Position numbers and translations under genes: made by a program
Part shown: one piece after another, positions 52,056 through 62,264 of the stretch
Numbering within the stretch: position 1 is the first letter of the stretch
How the letters are laid out: every line of letters starts with the position of its first letter
Notes under the pieces: generated by a model
Told to the model about the DNA's origin: nothing
Databases searched by the model: none
What the model saw: the letters and a program-made list of their open reading frames with translations, nothing else
IMG/VR virus record: IMGVR_UViG_3300037466_002533
Location: 1 to 64,000 of that record
Source of the DNA: a virus
Taxonomy: Duplodnaviria; Caudoviricetes
Reading direction: 5' to 3' (one strand)
Length of the DNA stretch: 64,000 bases

Positions 52056-52484
52056 ATGACTGCCACTGATTCGTTCGACCCGGACGCCATCTCCGACAAC
52101 GAGTGGACTGAGCACCCGCTTGGCCTCATGCAGGACGGCAGCTCGGTAGGGGGTGACGTGCAGGCGTCCGACCCGTGGTCTCGCCGGTTCGCCCGGCGTG
52201 CGGAAGATGTGGTGGGGCGCTTCGAGGTCCTGACGTTCTACGGCTACTGGGCCATTGACGACATCAACGGCAACCCGAACGAACCGGACGAGCCGCGTGG
52301 CATCACGGTGCAGGTGGAGTACGTCGAATGCACCGACCCGAACGATCCCGGCATCACCGAGACGTATTCGAACTACCTCTACTGGGACCACCAGGAGGAC
52401 GACATCACGACCGATCCACGCGAGCGCATCGAGCGCCTATCCCCGGATGACTTCTACTCGGCCATGGAGCAGGTGACGGTATGA
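52056..52484 (+). CDS. acidic hypothetical protein (142 aa)
   Basis: start reset to ATG 52056. Confidence 0.6.
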   Translation: MTATDSFDPDAISDNEWTEHPLGLMQDGSSVGGDVQASDPWSRRFARRAEDVVGRFEVLTFYGYWAIDDINGNPNEPDEPRGITVQVEYVECTDPNDPGITETYSNYLYWDHQEDDITTDPRERIERLSPDDFYSAMEQVTV

Positions 52485-52915
52485 CCACCACGAAGCCCTA
52501 CACCTACGAGGTGGGCCAACCGGTCTACGTCATCGACCAAAGCACGAAGATGGTGCTCCGGCTGGAGGTCACCGAGATCACGCCCGGCAACAACATCCGC
52601 GTGTTCCGTCCAGAATACAACCCCCGGGGCTACACCTTCGCCAACGACGATGTCGGGGCGAACGGAAAGGTCCGAGCCACCTCCCTGTCCTTCCTGGACG
52701 GCACCATGTTCCCCCGGGACCACCCGGAGACTCACCGGAGGTGGCTGGCCCAGGAGCTGCACCGGCTGGTGCGGGCCACCCAGACCGCCGTCATCGGGGT
52801 AGAGCAGCACCCGTCCGACGAGACTCTGAAGGACCTGGAGAATATCATCCGGGACCTGGATGAGACCGTCGCCAGCTACCGGGGCGCCCACAACAAAGCG
52901 AAAGGACACCGATGA
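52481..52915 (+). CDS. hypothetical protein (144 aa)
   Basis: ATGA overlap. Confidence 0.65.
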   Translation: MTTTKPYTYEVGQPVYVIDQSTKMVLRLEVTEITPGNNIRVFRPEYNPRGYTFANDDVGANGKVRATSLSFLDGTMFPRDHPETHRRWLAQELHRLVRATQTAVIGVEQHPSDETLKDLENIIRDLDETVASYRGAHNKAKGHR

Positions 52916-53205
52916 AGACCGAAGAACTCGGGCCGCTGACGATGGATGACGTGATCGCCCTGTCGGCCCTGTGGGACCACATCGGCCAGGCCGTTCGGTG
53001 GCTGGACACCGACGACCGGGAGCGCTGCGGGGTGATCCGGGGCCTGCGGGCCGAGGAGGGCAGCGACGGCTACGTCCGGCAGGGCCAGGACGTCCGTACC
53101 ACCTACATCCGCATCACCGACATCGACACCGGCTGGGAGCTGTGGCGGGAGACCATGTGGTTCGCCAAGCTACTCACCTCTGGCCAGGCCGCACTGCGGG
53201 ATTGA
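52912..53205 (+). CDS. hypothetical protein (97 aa)
   Basis: ATGA overlap. Confidence 0.65.
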   Translation: MKTEELGPLTMDDVIALSALWDHIGQAVRWLDTDDRERCGVIRGLRAEEGSDGYVRQGQDVRTTYIRITDIDTGWELWRETMWFAKLLTSGQAALRD

Positions 53206-53225
53206 GCCGGGAGTGACAACCTCAT

Positions 53226-53444
53226 ATGATTATCCCTGTGATCACACGGGAGAACCTGGCCGAGGCCCTGTGCATGCAGTTCTCCGACGAGCCGGGTCTG
53301 TTCTGGAACGGTCTGTCCGACCAGAGTCAGGAGGCCTGGCTCTCCACGGCAGATTCGATCCTGAACCGGCTGGAGGTGATGCAGAACGTGGACAGGGCCG
53401 GTGTGGGTCTGCTACCGGCGCGACTCCATCAGGGTCAGGAGTAG
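53226..53444 (+). CDS. hypothetical protein (72 aa)
   Basis: ORF. Confidence 0.55.
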   Translation: MIIPVITRENLAEALCMQFSDEPGLFWNGLSDQSQEAWLSTADSILNRLEVMQNVDRAGVGLLPARLHQGQE

Positions 53445-53585
53445 TTCTGGGTCGATCTGGTCCACGAACGCCGCCCAGTGCTCCTGGCAGAAGAAGGTCT
53501 TCTTCTTGCCGATCTTGATCATCATGAAGTCCTCGGTCTGCACGTCGCAGGCCGAGCAGGCGCGAACCTTAGAGGTACTGCTCAT
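53412..53585 (-). CDS. small zinc-finger protein (57 aa)
   Basis: CSAC...CQEH; below ORF-track cutoff. Confidence 0.5.
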   Translation of the reverse strand: MSSTSKVRACSACDVQTEDFMMIKIGKKKTFFCQEHWAAFVDQIDPELLLTLMESRR

Positions 53586-54843
53586 CAACCCACCTGTCGG
53601 TCTCGGTGATCACTGCGGACAGCATGCCGGGAGGGCAGATGGTTCCGGCGTACTCGGAGAAGTGCGGGGATCCGCCGTCCATGGTTCTGGTCTGGCGCCA
53701 CAGGCAGGAGCCCCAGTTGGTTCCAGCGTCGTGGTGGAAGTGGTGCGTGATCAAGACATCGGAGTCGCCGATCGGAGTGCGTCCGGCGGCCTGCCGCATG
53801 AACCAGTTGCGGGCCTTGATCTCCGGGGAGGTCCCGGCGGTCTTGCCGAAGACGTGCCCGTGAGTGGTGCCCAGGATCCAGCCGTTGACGTTCATGGTCT
53901 TGGACAGGCTATCGGTGGCGATGTTGAAGCCGACGTGCGACAGGCGCGGATCCCGCTCGGCCGCCGCCGCAGCGTGCTCGAAGACTGCGCAGTCGTCGTT
54001 GTCGCTGAGGTTGACCCGCTCCTGCTCGATGCGGTGCTCGCCGTGGTTACCGCCGACCACCATGACGTCGACCTTGTCGAAGTGCGGCGCCAGCCGGTCC
54101 AGCCCCTCCAGGATCAGGTTGCGGCACAGGTTGATCTGACCGCGTCGGTCAAGGTCGATCTGGTAGGCCTGATTCTTGAAGACGGCACAGTTTTCGATCA
54201 TGTCGCCGCCGCCGATGATGACGAGCTGACCCAGGCCCCGGCCGATGATCCGCAGCTCCTCCACCCTCGCGATGGCCGCGTTGAAGGATGCGTCCAGGCG
54301 CTCCACGATCTGCTGGGACCCCTCCCCCTCACGCAGCCACTTGCCGACCTGCCAGTCGTTCCAGGACAGCACGAAAGCCGCCGGGCCGTCGTACTTGGGC
54401 TGGATGCGAGTGCGGTCCTTGCGGAGTCTGAGGAGAGTGTCTACGCCGTCCTCGGGAGAGATCTGCACGGGGATCTGCTCGACGGCGAAGCGATAGCGCC
54501 ACACCGGCCGGGTGACCGCCGGTGACTTGGTGCGCTTGCTGCTGTTGTCCTCCCCCGGGTGCCCCATGAACTCCGTGTTCCGGTGCCAGGCCGCAGGGTC
54601 GTACTTGGCCTCAACCAGGCGCAGGCGATAACCATCTGGGACCGGGATGCCCATCGAAGCCACCGCCTCGTCCCAATCCTTCTGGGCCTGCAGGTGCGGA
54701 AGTAGGTCGGTGGTGATCTCTGTCGGATATCCGTCGCCGCCGTACTTCACGCCAGGCTCGAAGCCCTTGGGGTGCGGATTCTTCCGAGCGCGCCGGGCGT
54801 CTTCGAGGTCCTTGGCCTCGGTCAGCTTCTCATACAAGCCCAT
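53569..54843 (-). CDS. calcineurin-like metallophosphoesterase
   Basis: WNDWQVGK, GGDMIE, GGNHGE, THGH, THHFHH; start reset to MGLYEK. Confidence 0.75.
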   Translation of the reverse strand: MGLYEKLTEAKDLEDARRARKNPHPKGFEPGVKYGGDGYPTEITTDLLPHLQAQKDWDEAVASMGIPVPDGYRLRLVEAKYDPAAWHRNTEFMGHPGEDNSSKRTKSPAVTRPVWRYRFAVEQIPVQISPEDGVDTLLRLRKDRTRIQPKYDGPAAFVLSWNDWQVGKWLREGEGSQQIVERLDASFNAAIARVEELRIIGRGLGQLVIIGGGDMIENCAVFKNQAYQIDLDRRGQINLCRNLILEGLDRLAPHFDKVDVMVVGGNHGEHRIEQERVNLSDNDDCAVFEHAAAAAERDPRLSHVGFNIATDSLSKTMNVNGWILGTTHGHVFGKTAGTSPEIKARNWFMRQAAGRTPIGDSDVLITHHFHHDAGTNWGSCLWRQTRTMDGGSPHFSEYAGTICPPGMLSAVITETDRWVDEQYL

Positions 54844-54890
54844 GTCAGGGAACACCAGCCTTCTTGGAATGCGGGCTGGGTAGCAAAGAA

Positions 54891-55151
54891 TCAGTAGGCA
54901 CAGGCGCACCGGTGAGCGGCATGTTCCTTGACGTGCCAATACTCGATGTCGTAAAGGGGTGTGCCGTCCTTGTTCTTCTCGGACTTGATCAGGGCGGTGA
55001 CATTGGTCAGGGACACGTCCCGAACCTGGAACACTGCCTCCAGAGCCTCTCGGTCCCTCTTCGGCATTTCCGCCATGATGCTGGCAATAGCGCAACCGGT
55101 CCGACGATTCTTCTTAACCGCCGGGTCCGCCAATTTGTCAGCCAAACTCAT
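54891..55151 (-). CDS. hypothetical protein with C-terminal H/C motif
   Basis: start reset to MSLADK; HAAHRCAC. Confidence 0.55.
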   Translation of the reverse strand: MSLADKLADPAVKKNRRTGCAIASIMAEMPKRDREALEAVFQVRDVSLTNVTALIKSEKNKDGTPLYDIEYWHVKEHAAHRCACAY

Positions 55152-55232
55152 CCTGCTACCTCCAACTATTACGCCATCTCGGGCGCCAGTTACCACCACT
55201 GTAGCAGATAAGGATCTAAAAGATACTCTCCG

Positions 55233-55559
55233 TCACTTCCCGGAGGATTCGTGGGCCGCCCGGCGCCTCTGCATCTCCTGGGTGTAGGCCGCCTGGAAGA
55301 CGATGAGCTGCCGCACCACCCAAGGCTGGGAGTCGTAGAAGGGCCGCCCGCCGCCGGTGAAGTTGTTGTACAGCAGCAGCAGAGCATTGGCCAACTGGTC
55401 AGGGTTGTAGACCTTGGTCCCACCGTCGTAGTCGATGACGGTGCCGCCAGCGGTGATGTGCTTGGCCAGGTTCTCCGCCAGCTCGATGATGTCCTTCTCG
55501 TACTGACGGGTGGCCGACTGGAGGATCTGGGTCCTCTCGATCGGGTTCTTCCAGTCCAT
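55233..55559 (-). CDS. hypothetical protein (108 aa)
   Basis: GGAGGAG RBS. Confidence 0.65.
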   Translation of the reverse strand: MDWKNPIERTQILQSATRQYEKDIIELAENLAKHITAGGTVIDYDGGTKVYNPDQLANALLLLYNNFTGGGRPFYDSQPWVVRQLIVFQAAYTQEMQRRRAAHESSGK

Positions 55560-55631
55560 GTCGCCCTCCTCCGTCGACCAAGATCAACTTCCGGCCAATA
55601 CTCTTAGTAGTATTCTTGATGATACTCAGAG

Positions 55632-55648
55632 AGTATAAACTATCTTTT
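55632..55648 (-). promoter_or_regulatory. AAAAGATA-N3-TANNNT promoter
   Basis: minus strand AAAAGATA GTT TATACT. Confidence 0.6.
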
Positions 55649-55672
55649 AAGAGTACTTATATAGATCAAATA

Positions 55673-55703
55673 GGAGCCCCCGAAGGGGGCTCTTAGGGGG
55701 GTA
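55673..55703 (-). terminator. intrinsic terminator after SNF2 helicase
   Basis: GAGCCCCC-TTCG-GGGGCTC then CTATTT. Confidence 0.7.
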
Positions 55704-55779
55704 GAGACCTTCATTGCAACGGCCAGAGATGGTCTCTATTCCCGGGAACCCTTGGAATTCTCGAATTCACCCATTCGGC

Positions 55780-57582
55780 TCAGCCGAAGAGGATCTTCTC
55801 CAGCTCCTCATCCTCGGGCTCAGGTCTGCTAAGCGCCTCGGTGGATCCTTGGATCGAAGCTGCAATCTTCCGGCGTCGATTGTTGATGCCCCAGATCCTC
55901 TCCTCGACGGTGTCCTCGGTGTAGAACCCGAAACAGGTCAGTCCGTCGAGGTGGGAGTCGGCCCGGTCGATCCTGGAGTTCCTCTGGAGCAAAGTGTCGT
56001 AGCTGTAAGGGATCTCGTAGTTGATGACGTACCTGGCCTGCTGGAACGACAGACCATGAGATCCGGCGTCGGACGACAGGAACACGGTGATCGATGGGTC
56101 CTGGCGGAAGGTGTCCTGAGCCTGCTGGGCCTCGGCCGGGGACATTCCGCCGTGGTGAGTGACCACACTGATCTTCCGGCGTCTCAGCTCCTTCTCGATC
56201 AGGAACAACCCCAAGTTGGTCAGCTCGGTGAACACGATGACCTTTTCCCCGGCGTCGGCCATGTCCTCGATCAATTCCATCACCGCCGACATCTTGGCGG
56301 AGGTCTTCGAGGAGAGGTCCGGCCGGGCTTCGGTGATGATCTGAGCGATCTCCGACTCGGAGTGCTTCAGAGACTCGGCGGTGTTGCACAGGTACCTCAG
56401 TACCCGGTAGTACTGACCCCAGTTGTTCGGGTGATCCTTGCCCCCAACCTCGGTGATCAGGTCATACAGCTCCCGGTCCTCCTTGGACATCTTCACCGGC
56501 ACCGGGATGAACTCCAGACCCTTGAAGAACTCCCGGACCCCGGGATCGGTCTTACGGACGACGTGTGTCAGGTGGTGGACCCGGTGCCGGACCTCGGCCA
56601 GCTTCTTGGTGGACCAGTGATAGGTGACCTGTGTGCCCCAGGGAGTCTGCACTAGGGTCTGGGAGTCGCTGTAGTCGTCCCTGAAGCTCGAAAGGGTCCC
56701 CAGTGGGTTCTTGCCCTTGGGGAGGTCGAAGAGGCGCCAGAATCGCTCGGGATCGCTGTTGATGACCGTCGCGGACATTGGCCACACCCAGGGGGTTTTG
56801 ACCTCGCGTATGAGGCTCCTGATGCCCTTCCCGGCCCGGTTTGGAGAGCCGTCTGTGTACCGCAGGACCTTCTGCACCTCGTCCAGGATGAACAGCACCC
56901 GGCGACCCTTGATCAGCTCCTGCAGTTCGGCGTAGTCGTGGTCTGCCTTCTCGTAGTTCAGGACATAGACCTCGGCGTCGGCGGCCCGGTACTCGGCCTG
57001 TCGCTTTGTCTTGGTGCCGTCCACGACCTTGGCGGTCAGGGCGGTCTTCTCGTTCACCTCGCGGCACAGGTTGATCTTGTTCTTGGTGATGGTGAACATG
57101 AGGGCGACGTCGATCTGACCCCGGTTGAACAGCTCCTGCGCGCCCGCAGCGGCCTGCAGACCCTTGCCGCAGCCGGTGGCGTGGTTGAAGAAGAAGAATC
57201 TTCCAGGGGCGCTCAGGGCCTTGTTGAGGGCGTACTGCTGGAAGGGGAACAGGGACCCGGGCTTGCCGTCTCTAAAAGGTAGGGTAAGGTGTTCTACGTG
57301 AAGCGGCCTGGACCATTCGGCCGACTGCTCCAGGACAGCCTTGGCCGAGGGGAGAACATATACCAGATAACCGTCTGATTCGAGCTGGCGGACGAACTCG
57401 TCCCACATGCCGGTCTCCAGAAGTACGGAAAACTCCGACAGGTACTCGGGAACATACTTAGACAACAAGGTCGACGGGTCTAGCGACTGGATGAGCAGTT
57501 GCCCTGAATAGCAGATAGCCTCTTCCACCACAACAGACTCCGCGCCTAGCGGAACCTCAGCTACGTGCTGAACAAACAACAT
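55780..57582 (-). CDS. SNF2-family helicase
   Basis: HATGCGKG motif I, ILDEVQ, MSAT, LSSDAGSHGLSFQ, QRNSRIDR. Confidence 0.85.
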   Translation of the reverse strand: MLFVQHVAEVPLGAESVVVEEAICYSGQLLIQSLDPSTLLSKYVPEYLSEFSVLLETGMWDEFVRQLESDGYLVYVLPSAKAVLEQSAEWSRPLHVEHLTLPFRDGKPGSLFPFQQYALNKALSAPGRFFFFNHATGCGKGLQAAAGAQELFNRGQIDVALMFTITKNKINLCREVNEKTALTAKVVDGTKTKRQAEYRAADAEVYVLNYEKADHDYAELQELIKGRRVLFILDEVQKVLRYTDGSPNRAGKGIRSLIREVKTPWVWPMSATVINSDPERFWRLFDLPKGKNPLGTLSSFRDDYSDSQTLVQTPWGTQVTYHWSTKKLAEVRHRVHHLTHVVRKTDPGVREFFKGLEFIPVPVKMSKEDRELYDLITEVGGKDHPNNWGQYYRVLRYLCNTAESLKHSESEIAQIITEARPDLSSKTSAKMSAVMELIEDMADAGEKVIVFTELTNLGLFLIEKELRRRKISVVTHHGGMSPAEAQQAQDTFRQDPSITVFLSSDAGSHGLSFQQARYVINYEIPYSYDTLLQRNSRIDRADSHLDGLTCFGFYTEDTVEERIWGINNRRRKIAASIQGSTEALSRPEPEDEELEKILFG

Positions 57583-57651
57583 TAGTGAACCAATTCAATC
57601 TTTCGTTCGGAAACCCCGACTTCAAAAGTACCAGTTAGAATCTTTTCCTGC

Positions 57652-57933
57652 TCAGGAGAGGGTTGCGGTCTTCCATGCGGAGCCGTCCCATACCTTCAGT
57701 GCGTTCGTCGCACCGCTGGTGTCCAGCCATACCGGACTGACCGAGTGGTCGGGAGCTGAGTCTCCGATCGCTATCTTGGCGTACCCAGGTCCATCAGACA
57801 CAATCGGAGTCGGAGGAGTTACGACATCTCCATCGGCATCGCGCAGACTTGAGCGACTGGCCTGTTGCTCACCCTGGAACAGTCCAGGGTAGGTGGAGGT
57901 GTCCACGGTGCCGCTGTAGGCGATGAATGTCAT
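57652..57933 (-). CDS. small virion structural protein
   Basis: VWLDT...LKVWDGSAWK tail-associated motif; follows baseplate genes. Confidence 0.55.
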   Translation of the reverse strand: MTFIAYSGTVDTSTYPGLFQGEQQASRSSLRDADGDVVTPPTPIVSDGPGYAKIAIGDSAPDHSVSPVWLDTSGATNALKVWDGSAWKTATLS

Positions 57934-58001
57934 AGCTGTTACACTCCTTATTCAGGGTTGTTCGACAACCCTTAATCAGACCCTCTACTATTTAGGGTTC
58001 T

Positions 58002-61000
58002 TCAGTACAGGTATACGGGTGTTACGGTGATTCCGTAGACGTACTGATCGGTCCGGTACATGGTGATACGAAAGACCAGGCGGTTGTCGGCGGTCGGGAA
58101 CACCAGGAACTTGTTCGGCTCATTGACGATGTCGACTGCCTGGAAGAAATGCCCCCCGTCATCATTGGAGATTTCGTAGCTGGTCATCGACCGCTGATCA
58201 AAGAGGCTTGAGACGTAGATAGTCTCCTCCTCGGTGCCGTCGAGGATCAGGTTTATCCTCCAGTTGTCGGCGGTGCCTGAGGCGTCGGCCGGGATCAGGT
58301 CGAAGAAGCTGCTCTTGTACGAGGTCCACACGCCCGGAGTCGGGTCGATGACGAACTCCTTCAGGATCGACCCTGAGATCGGCGTGGTGTCTTCGAGCTG
58401 GATCTTGATGATGTTACCGGTCTTCGCCGGACGCAGCAGATCCACGCAGATGCGGATCAAGCAGCGGCCTGTCTCGATCTGCGCCGAGCAGACACCGGCG
58501 GCGCCGACACCGGCTGCGCGAAACACCTTGGATGCGATTCTTCCACGGTAGGACAGATTCGAGTCCAGGTCGACACCGACGAGGGCGCTGCTGGCGCCCC
58601 AGTTGGCGACCGTGTCGGACCATACAGCCGTATCCGAGGACCAGAAGGCGGACCCGTCATTGTTAAGGCCCAGTGGGTTGATCGAGCTGTTGTTGTCCAG
58701 CAACCAGGACTCGAAGGCGCTGCCCTGGATAGACACTGCCACCTTGTTGAAGGTGCCGACGGAGTTGAACGTCTTGGTGGCAACGATTGTGGGGATCTGT
58801 CCCGTGATGAATCCCCACTGAATGCCGCGAGATACCGTGCCAGAGCCCGGTAGCTGCGTGGCAGTCCAAGATATCCCATCGCTGGAGGTGAAGACCTTCC
58901 TGCTCTCGTCGGCGTTACTGAAGGTGCACACCGTGGCCAGCTCCTCCAGTGCGGGAGACCAGGAGACGATGTTGGAAGACGACGGGAGTGTGTACCTGGT
59001 CGTCCAAGCCAGCGCATCTGAGGATGTGACGATGTCATTGGAGTTTATGGCACAGAACAGGTTGAGGCCTTCGAACCAACCAATGAAGCTGAAGGCTACC
59101 ACACCGGTCAAGCCGGTCGGAGTGGACATGGTCCAGGACTGACCGTCTGCGGACAAAAGGATCTTGGAGGATGCGGACGTCACTAGAACGAACTTGTTGA
59201 TGGAGGATGACCAGCAGGAGGCGTTGCTCAGGAAGCTGGATCCGGTCGTGGACTGTAGACCCCCGTCTACGGACCAGGTTTCCCCAAGGTCATCAGAGTA
59301 GGCAACAGCATTGCCCCATCCGGTGATCGACCCGGCGACGATGATGCGGTCCGTCGATCCCGTGGCCGTGGTGACGGACCAATCGGTCCCCAGACCTCCC
59401 AGCGGAAGGGTAATCGGATCCCAGGTCTGGCCGTCGCGGGACAGGACGATCTTCTTGCTCTGGATTCCGATGAACACGTCGAGGGTGTCGATGTGGACCA
59501 TCCGGTTGAAGGTGATTCCGTCGTCATAGACGCTGTTCCAGTTCACGCCGTCCGTGCTGACTTCGATGCTACTGCCGTCGGTACCGGCAAAGATCTTGTT
59601 GGTGGGTGAATACCAGAAGCTGAACGGAACCGAGGTATCTGTCGGGTGGAAGGACCAGTTGGTATCGTCGGTGGATCCGTACGAACCGGAGCTGGATCCC
59701 TGCGCGACCACCACCCACTGCGGCACATCGGCGATGTATCCGCCACCGATGCCGGTACCCTCATCCGGATCTCCGGACCATCCATGGACGGGAGTGGTGG
59801 GCGTGCCCGGCATGACTCCTTGACTGTTGTCGGCGTCGATGACCGACTCATCGATCACCGGCAGGACGTACTTGTCGGAGTCGACTGGAACGGTGTAGTC
59901 GTCCTGGAAGATCTGGACCTCTCGCAGACCGGCGAAGTAGGCGATGGCGGCATCCCTTGTTGCTGTTGCCGTCTCATACCGGTGCACCGACACGTTGATG
60001 AATCGGGTGCGCTTGGTGTTCAGCTCGGAGGAGCTGACCGGCTTCTCGGTGCTGGTGGAGGTGTTGACGATCTGGTCCATGACCTCGGCGCCGATGCGCA
60101 GCTCGCCACCGGGCAGCGTCCACCAGCCCGGTGTGCGGGACCCGAGCACGCCGGACTCGCTGGCGTCGGATATCCTGGTCGGGTCCGTGCGGGACAGCAG
60201 GTCCTGGACGCTGTCGTTCTGGGTGGCCATCGGCAGAACGCTGTTCACCGGGCCGCTAGGAGAGTCGTAGAGCCGCACCAGGGCCGAGGACAGGTGAGTG
60301 GTGTTGTTGGCGCTGGCGGCCTGCAGGGAGCCGTTCAGGGCCGTTTCCTGGGCCATCGCCGAGGAGTCGTAGGATGACTGGTTGCGGATGTCGGAAACGA
60401 TCTGCGATCCGGTGAACACCCGGGTCTTCGGGAGGAAGTCCCGAGGCGTGTTGCTGTTGATAGACCGGTTGATCGGCAATGTTCTGGGAAGACCTACGCC
60501 GGTTCCCCGATCGTTGGAGATCGCGGTGTTGTCTTGGACTCCGCTGAGCGACCCGGTGATCGCCGAGTCCGGGAACTTCAGGTATGGTACGGTCACGCCC
60601 TCCTCGTGGATGGGGTAGGGCTGTGCCACCAGGTGGGAGAACTCGAACTTTAGGTGCTTGGCGTAGATCGGGGCTGGGAGGTACAGGAACCCGCGCTCGG
60701 TGATCCAGTCCATCCAGATGGGGGTCCACATCTTCTCGGTGTAGAACTCTTCGCCGACACCGCCGTATCCGTCGACGCCGGAGGTGTACTCCCCCACGTA
60801 GACGGCGTTGTCCAGCGGGCTGCTGTACAGGCCGCCCTGCTTCTGCTGGTTCCCGGCCTGGGGCCGCAGGTATGCGTAGGGGTCGGTGATGAAGGACTGG
60901 ATGGAGCTTTCCCGCTCGTTCGACGTTCCAATCTTGATGATGGCGGCGCGCAGAAGTCCAAGAGGCGCAGGGAAGGTCAGCTCGGCGTTCTTGGAGTACA

Positions 61001-62264
61001 GCTTCGCCAGGCCCTGGTAGTTGCCGCTCGGAGTGAAGGTCACGCTGGTGTCGGACACCACGCTGCCGGACACGGACACCACCAGCCGGGCGGTGAGGTC
61101 CCCTGCGGTCTCGGCCTGGGAGACGGCGCATACGATCTGCAGCCGGGTTCCTGGGATGTACGGTACGGAGCTGGAGGCTACTGCGGAGGATCCGGTGCCG
61201 CCGACGTCGAAGGAGAACACGCCGGTGGAGGTGTTGTAGGTCAGGACCGGTCCAGCCGGTGCGTCGTTCGCCGTAGTCTGCTGGAAAATAGTTGGGCTGC
61301 CGGTCAATCCGGCGGCCAGGTCCAGCTCCAGGCCGATCCATCCGATCTTCGGGGCTGGGAAGTTGGCGCTGCCGGATCCGGGAGTGGTCAATAGGGCTCC
61401 GGTGTGGATCTGGTAGCTGCCGGACTCCTGCAGGTCAATCCCCTTGGTACCCAGGAAGTTGGTGCTAACCAGGGCAGACTTGTTGCGCATCGGCTGAGGG
61501 TGCACGACACCGATATTGTCGTCGTTGGAGTAGTACACGTTCAGGGTGCAGCCGGTATAGGTCGGGTCGATCCAGATGCGGTCGATCCGGGAGGCTCTCC
61601 AGTCCGAGGCGGACGGGTCGGAAACGGTGACGTAGAAGTTCACCACGGCGTTCGGGGACGGCTGAGGTGCACTACGCCACATAGTGAACGAGTCGGAGTC
61701 CACAGCCAGATCGGCGCCCCACTGCTTGATCTGGCGGCGCACGACGTTGCCCAGGCTGTCGATCTCCAGACCGATTGGATACAGGGAGTCCTCGGCCGAG
61801 TGTACGGCGTTCTTGATCAGGATGTCGCGAATGCCCAGCGAGTACAGGTCGGACTTGTTGGAGGTCTCCCGGCGCTGCACCCGGAACTCCAAGCTGGTGA
61901 CGGCCATCGTCAAAAGCTGACGGGAGATCGGCACCCAGGACTGGTCGCCGAGGGTGGATCCTACCGAGCCGGATACCTTACCGCTGAACTGCTTCTGGTT
62001 GACGTCCAGCAGCATGAACCGCACACCGGACGTGGTGGTGCCGTATACCTCGTAGTTCTGCGGGACGTTCAACAGGGAGAAGCTGATGCTGTTGACCGTT
62101 GCGGGACTGCGCATCTTGACGGTGATGATCTCCCAGGTGGGGTCGGTCGAGACACGCGGGTTGGACAGCCAGTAGCGGTCATTGTCACGCTTGTTGGTAA
62201 ACTCAGACTGTTGCGCGGCAACCTGGGCCTGGGAGTATCGGCCATTGATGAGGATGTCAGACAT
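58002..62264 (-). CDS. large baseplate/tail structural protein with inserted Asp-box (BNR) module
   Basis: 1420 aa, beta-rich, six SxDGxxW-type repeats, downstream of baseplate genes. Confidence 0.65.
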   Translation of the reverse strand: MSDILINGRYSQAQVAAQQSEFTNKRDNDRYWLSNPRVSTDPTWEIITVKMRSPATVNSISFSLLNVPQNYEVYGTTTSGVRFMLLDVNQKQFSGKVSGSVGSTLGDQSWVPISRQLLTMAVTSLEFRVQRRETSNKSDLYSLGIRDILIKNAVHSAEDSLYPIGLEIDSLGNVVRRQIKQWGADLAVDSDSFTMWRSAPQPSPNAVVNFYVTVSDPSASDWRASRIDRIWIDPTYTGCTLNVYYSNDDNIGVVHPQPMRNKSALVSTNFLGTKGIDLQESGSYQIHTGALLTTPGSGSANFPAPKIGWIGLELDLAAGLTGSPTIFQQTTANDAPAGPVLTYNTSTGVFSFDVGGTGSSAVASSSVPYIPGTRLQIVCAVSQAETAGDLTARLVVSVSGSVVSDTSVTFTPSGNYQGLAKLYSKNAELTFPAPLGLLRAAIIKIGTSNERESSIQSFITDPYAYLRPQAGNQQKQGGLYSSPLDNAVYVGEYTSGVDGYGGVGEEFYTEKMWTPIWMDWITERGFLYLPAPIYAKHLKFEFSHLVAQPYPIHEEGVTVPYLKFPDSAITGSLSGVQDNTAISNDRGTGVGLPRTLPINRSINSNTPRDFLPKTRVFTGSQIVSDIRNQSSYDSSAMAQETALNGSLQAASANNTTHLSSALVRLYDSPSGPVNSVLPMATQNDSVQDLLSRTDPTRISDASESGVLGSRTPGWWTLPGGELRIGAEVMDQIVNTSTSTEKPVSSSELNTKRTRFINVSVHRYETATATRDAAIAYFAGLREVQIFQDDYTVPVDSDKYVLPVIDESVIDADNSQGVMPGTPTTPVHGWSGDPDEGTGIGGGYIADVPQWVVVAQGSSSGSYGSTDDTNWSFHPTDTSVPFSFWYSPTNKIFAGTDGSSIEVSTDGVNWNSVYDDGITFNRMVHIDTLDVFIGIQSKKIVLSRDGQTWDPITLPLGGLGTDWSVTTATGSTDRIIVAGSITGWGNAVAYSDDLGETWSVDGGLQSTTGSSFLSNASCWSSSINKFVLVTSASSKILLSADGQSWTMSTPTGLTGVVAFSFIGWFEGLNLFCAINSNDIVTSSDALAWTTRYTLPSSSNIVSWSPALEELATVCTFSNADESRKVFTSSDGISWTATQLPGSGTVSRGIQWGFITGQIPTIVATKTFNSVGTFNKVAVSIQGSAFESWLLDNNSSINPLGLNNDGSAFWSSDTAVWSDTVANWGASSALVGVDLDSNLSYRGRIASKVFRAAGVGAAGVCSAQIETGRCLIRICVDLLRPAKTGNIIKIQLEDTTPISGSILKEFVIDPTPGVWTSYKSSFFDLIPADASGTADNWRINLILDGTEEETIYVSSLFDQRSMTSYEISNDDGGHFFQAVDIVNEPNKFLVFPTADNRLVFRITMYRTDQYVYGITVTPVYLY

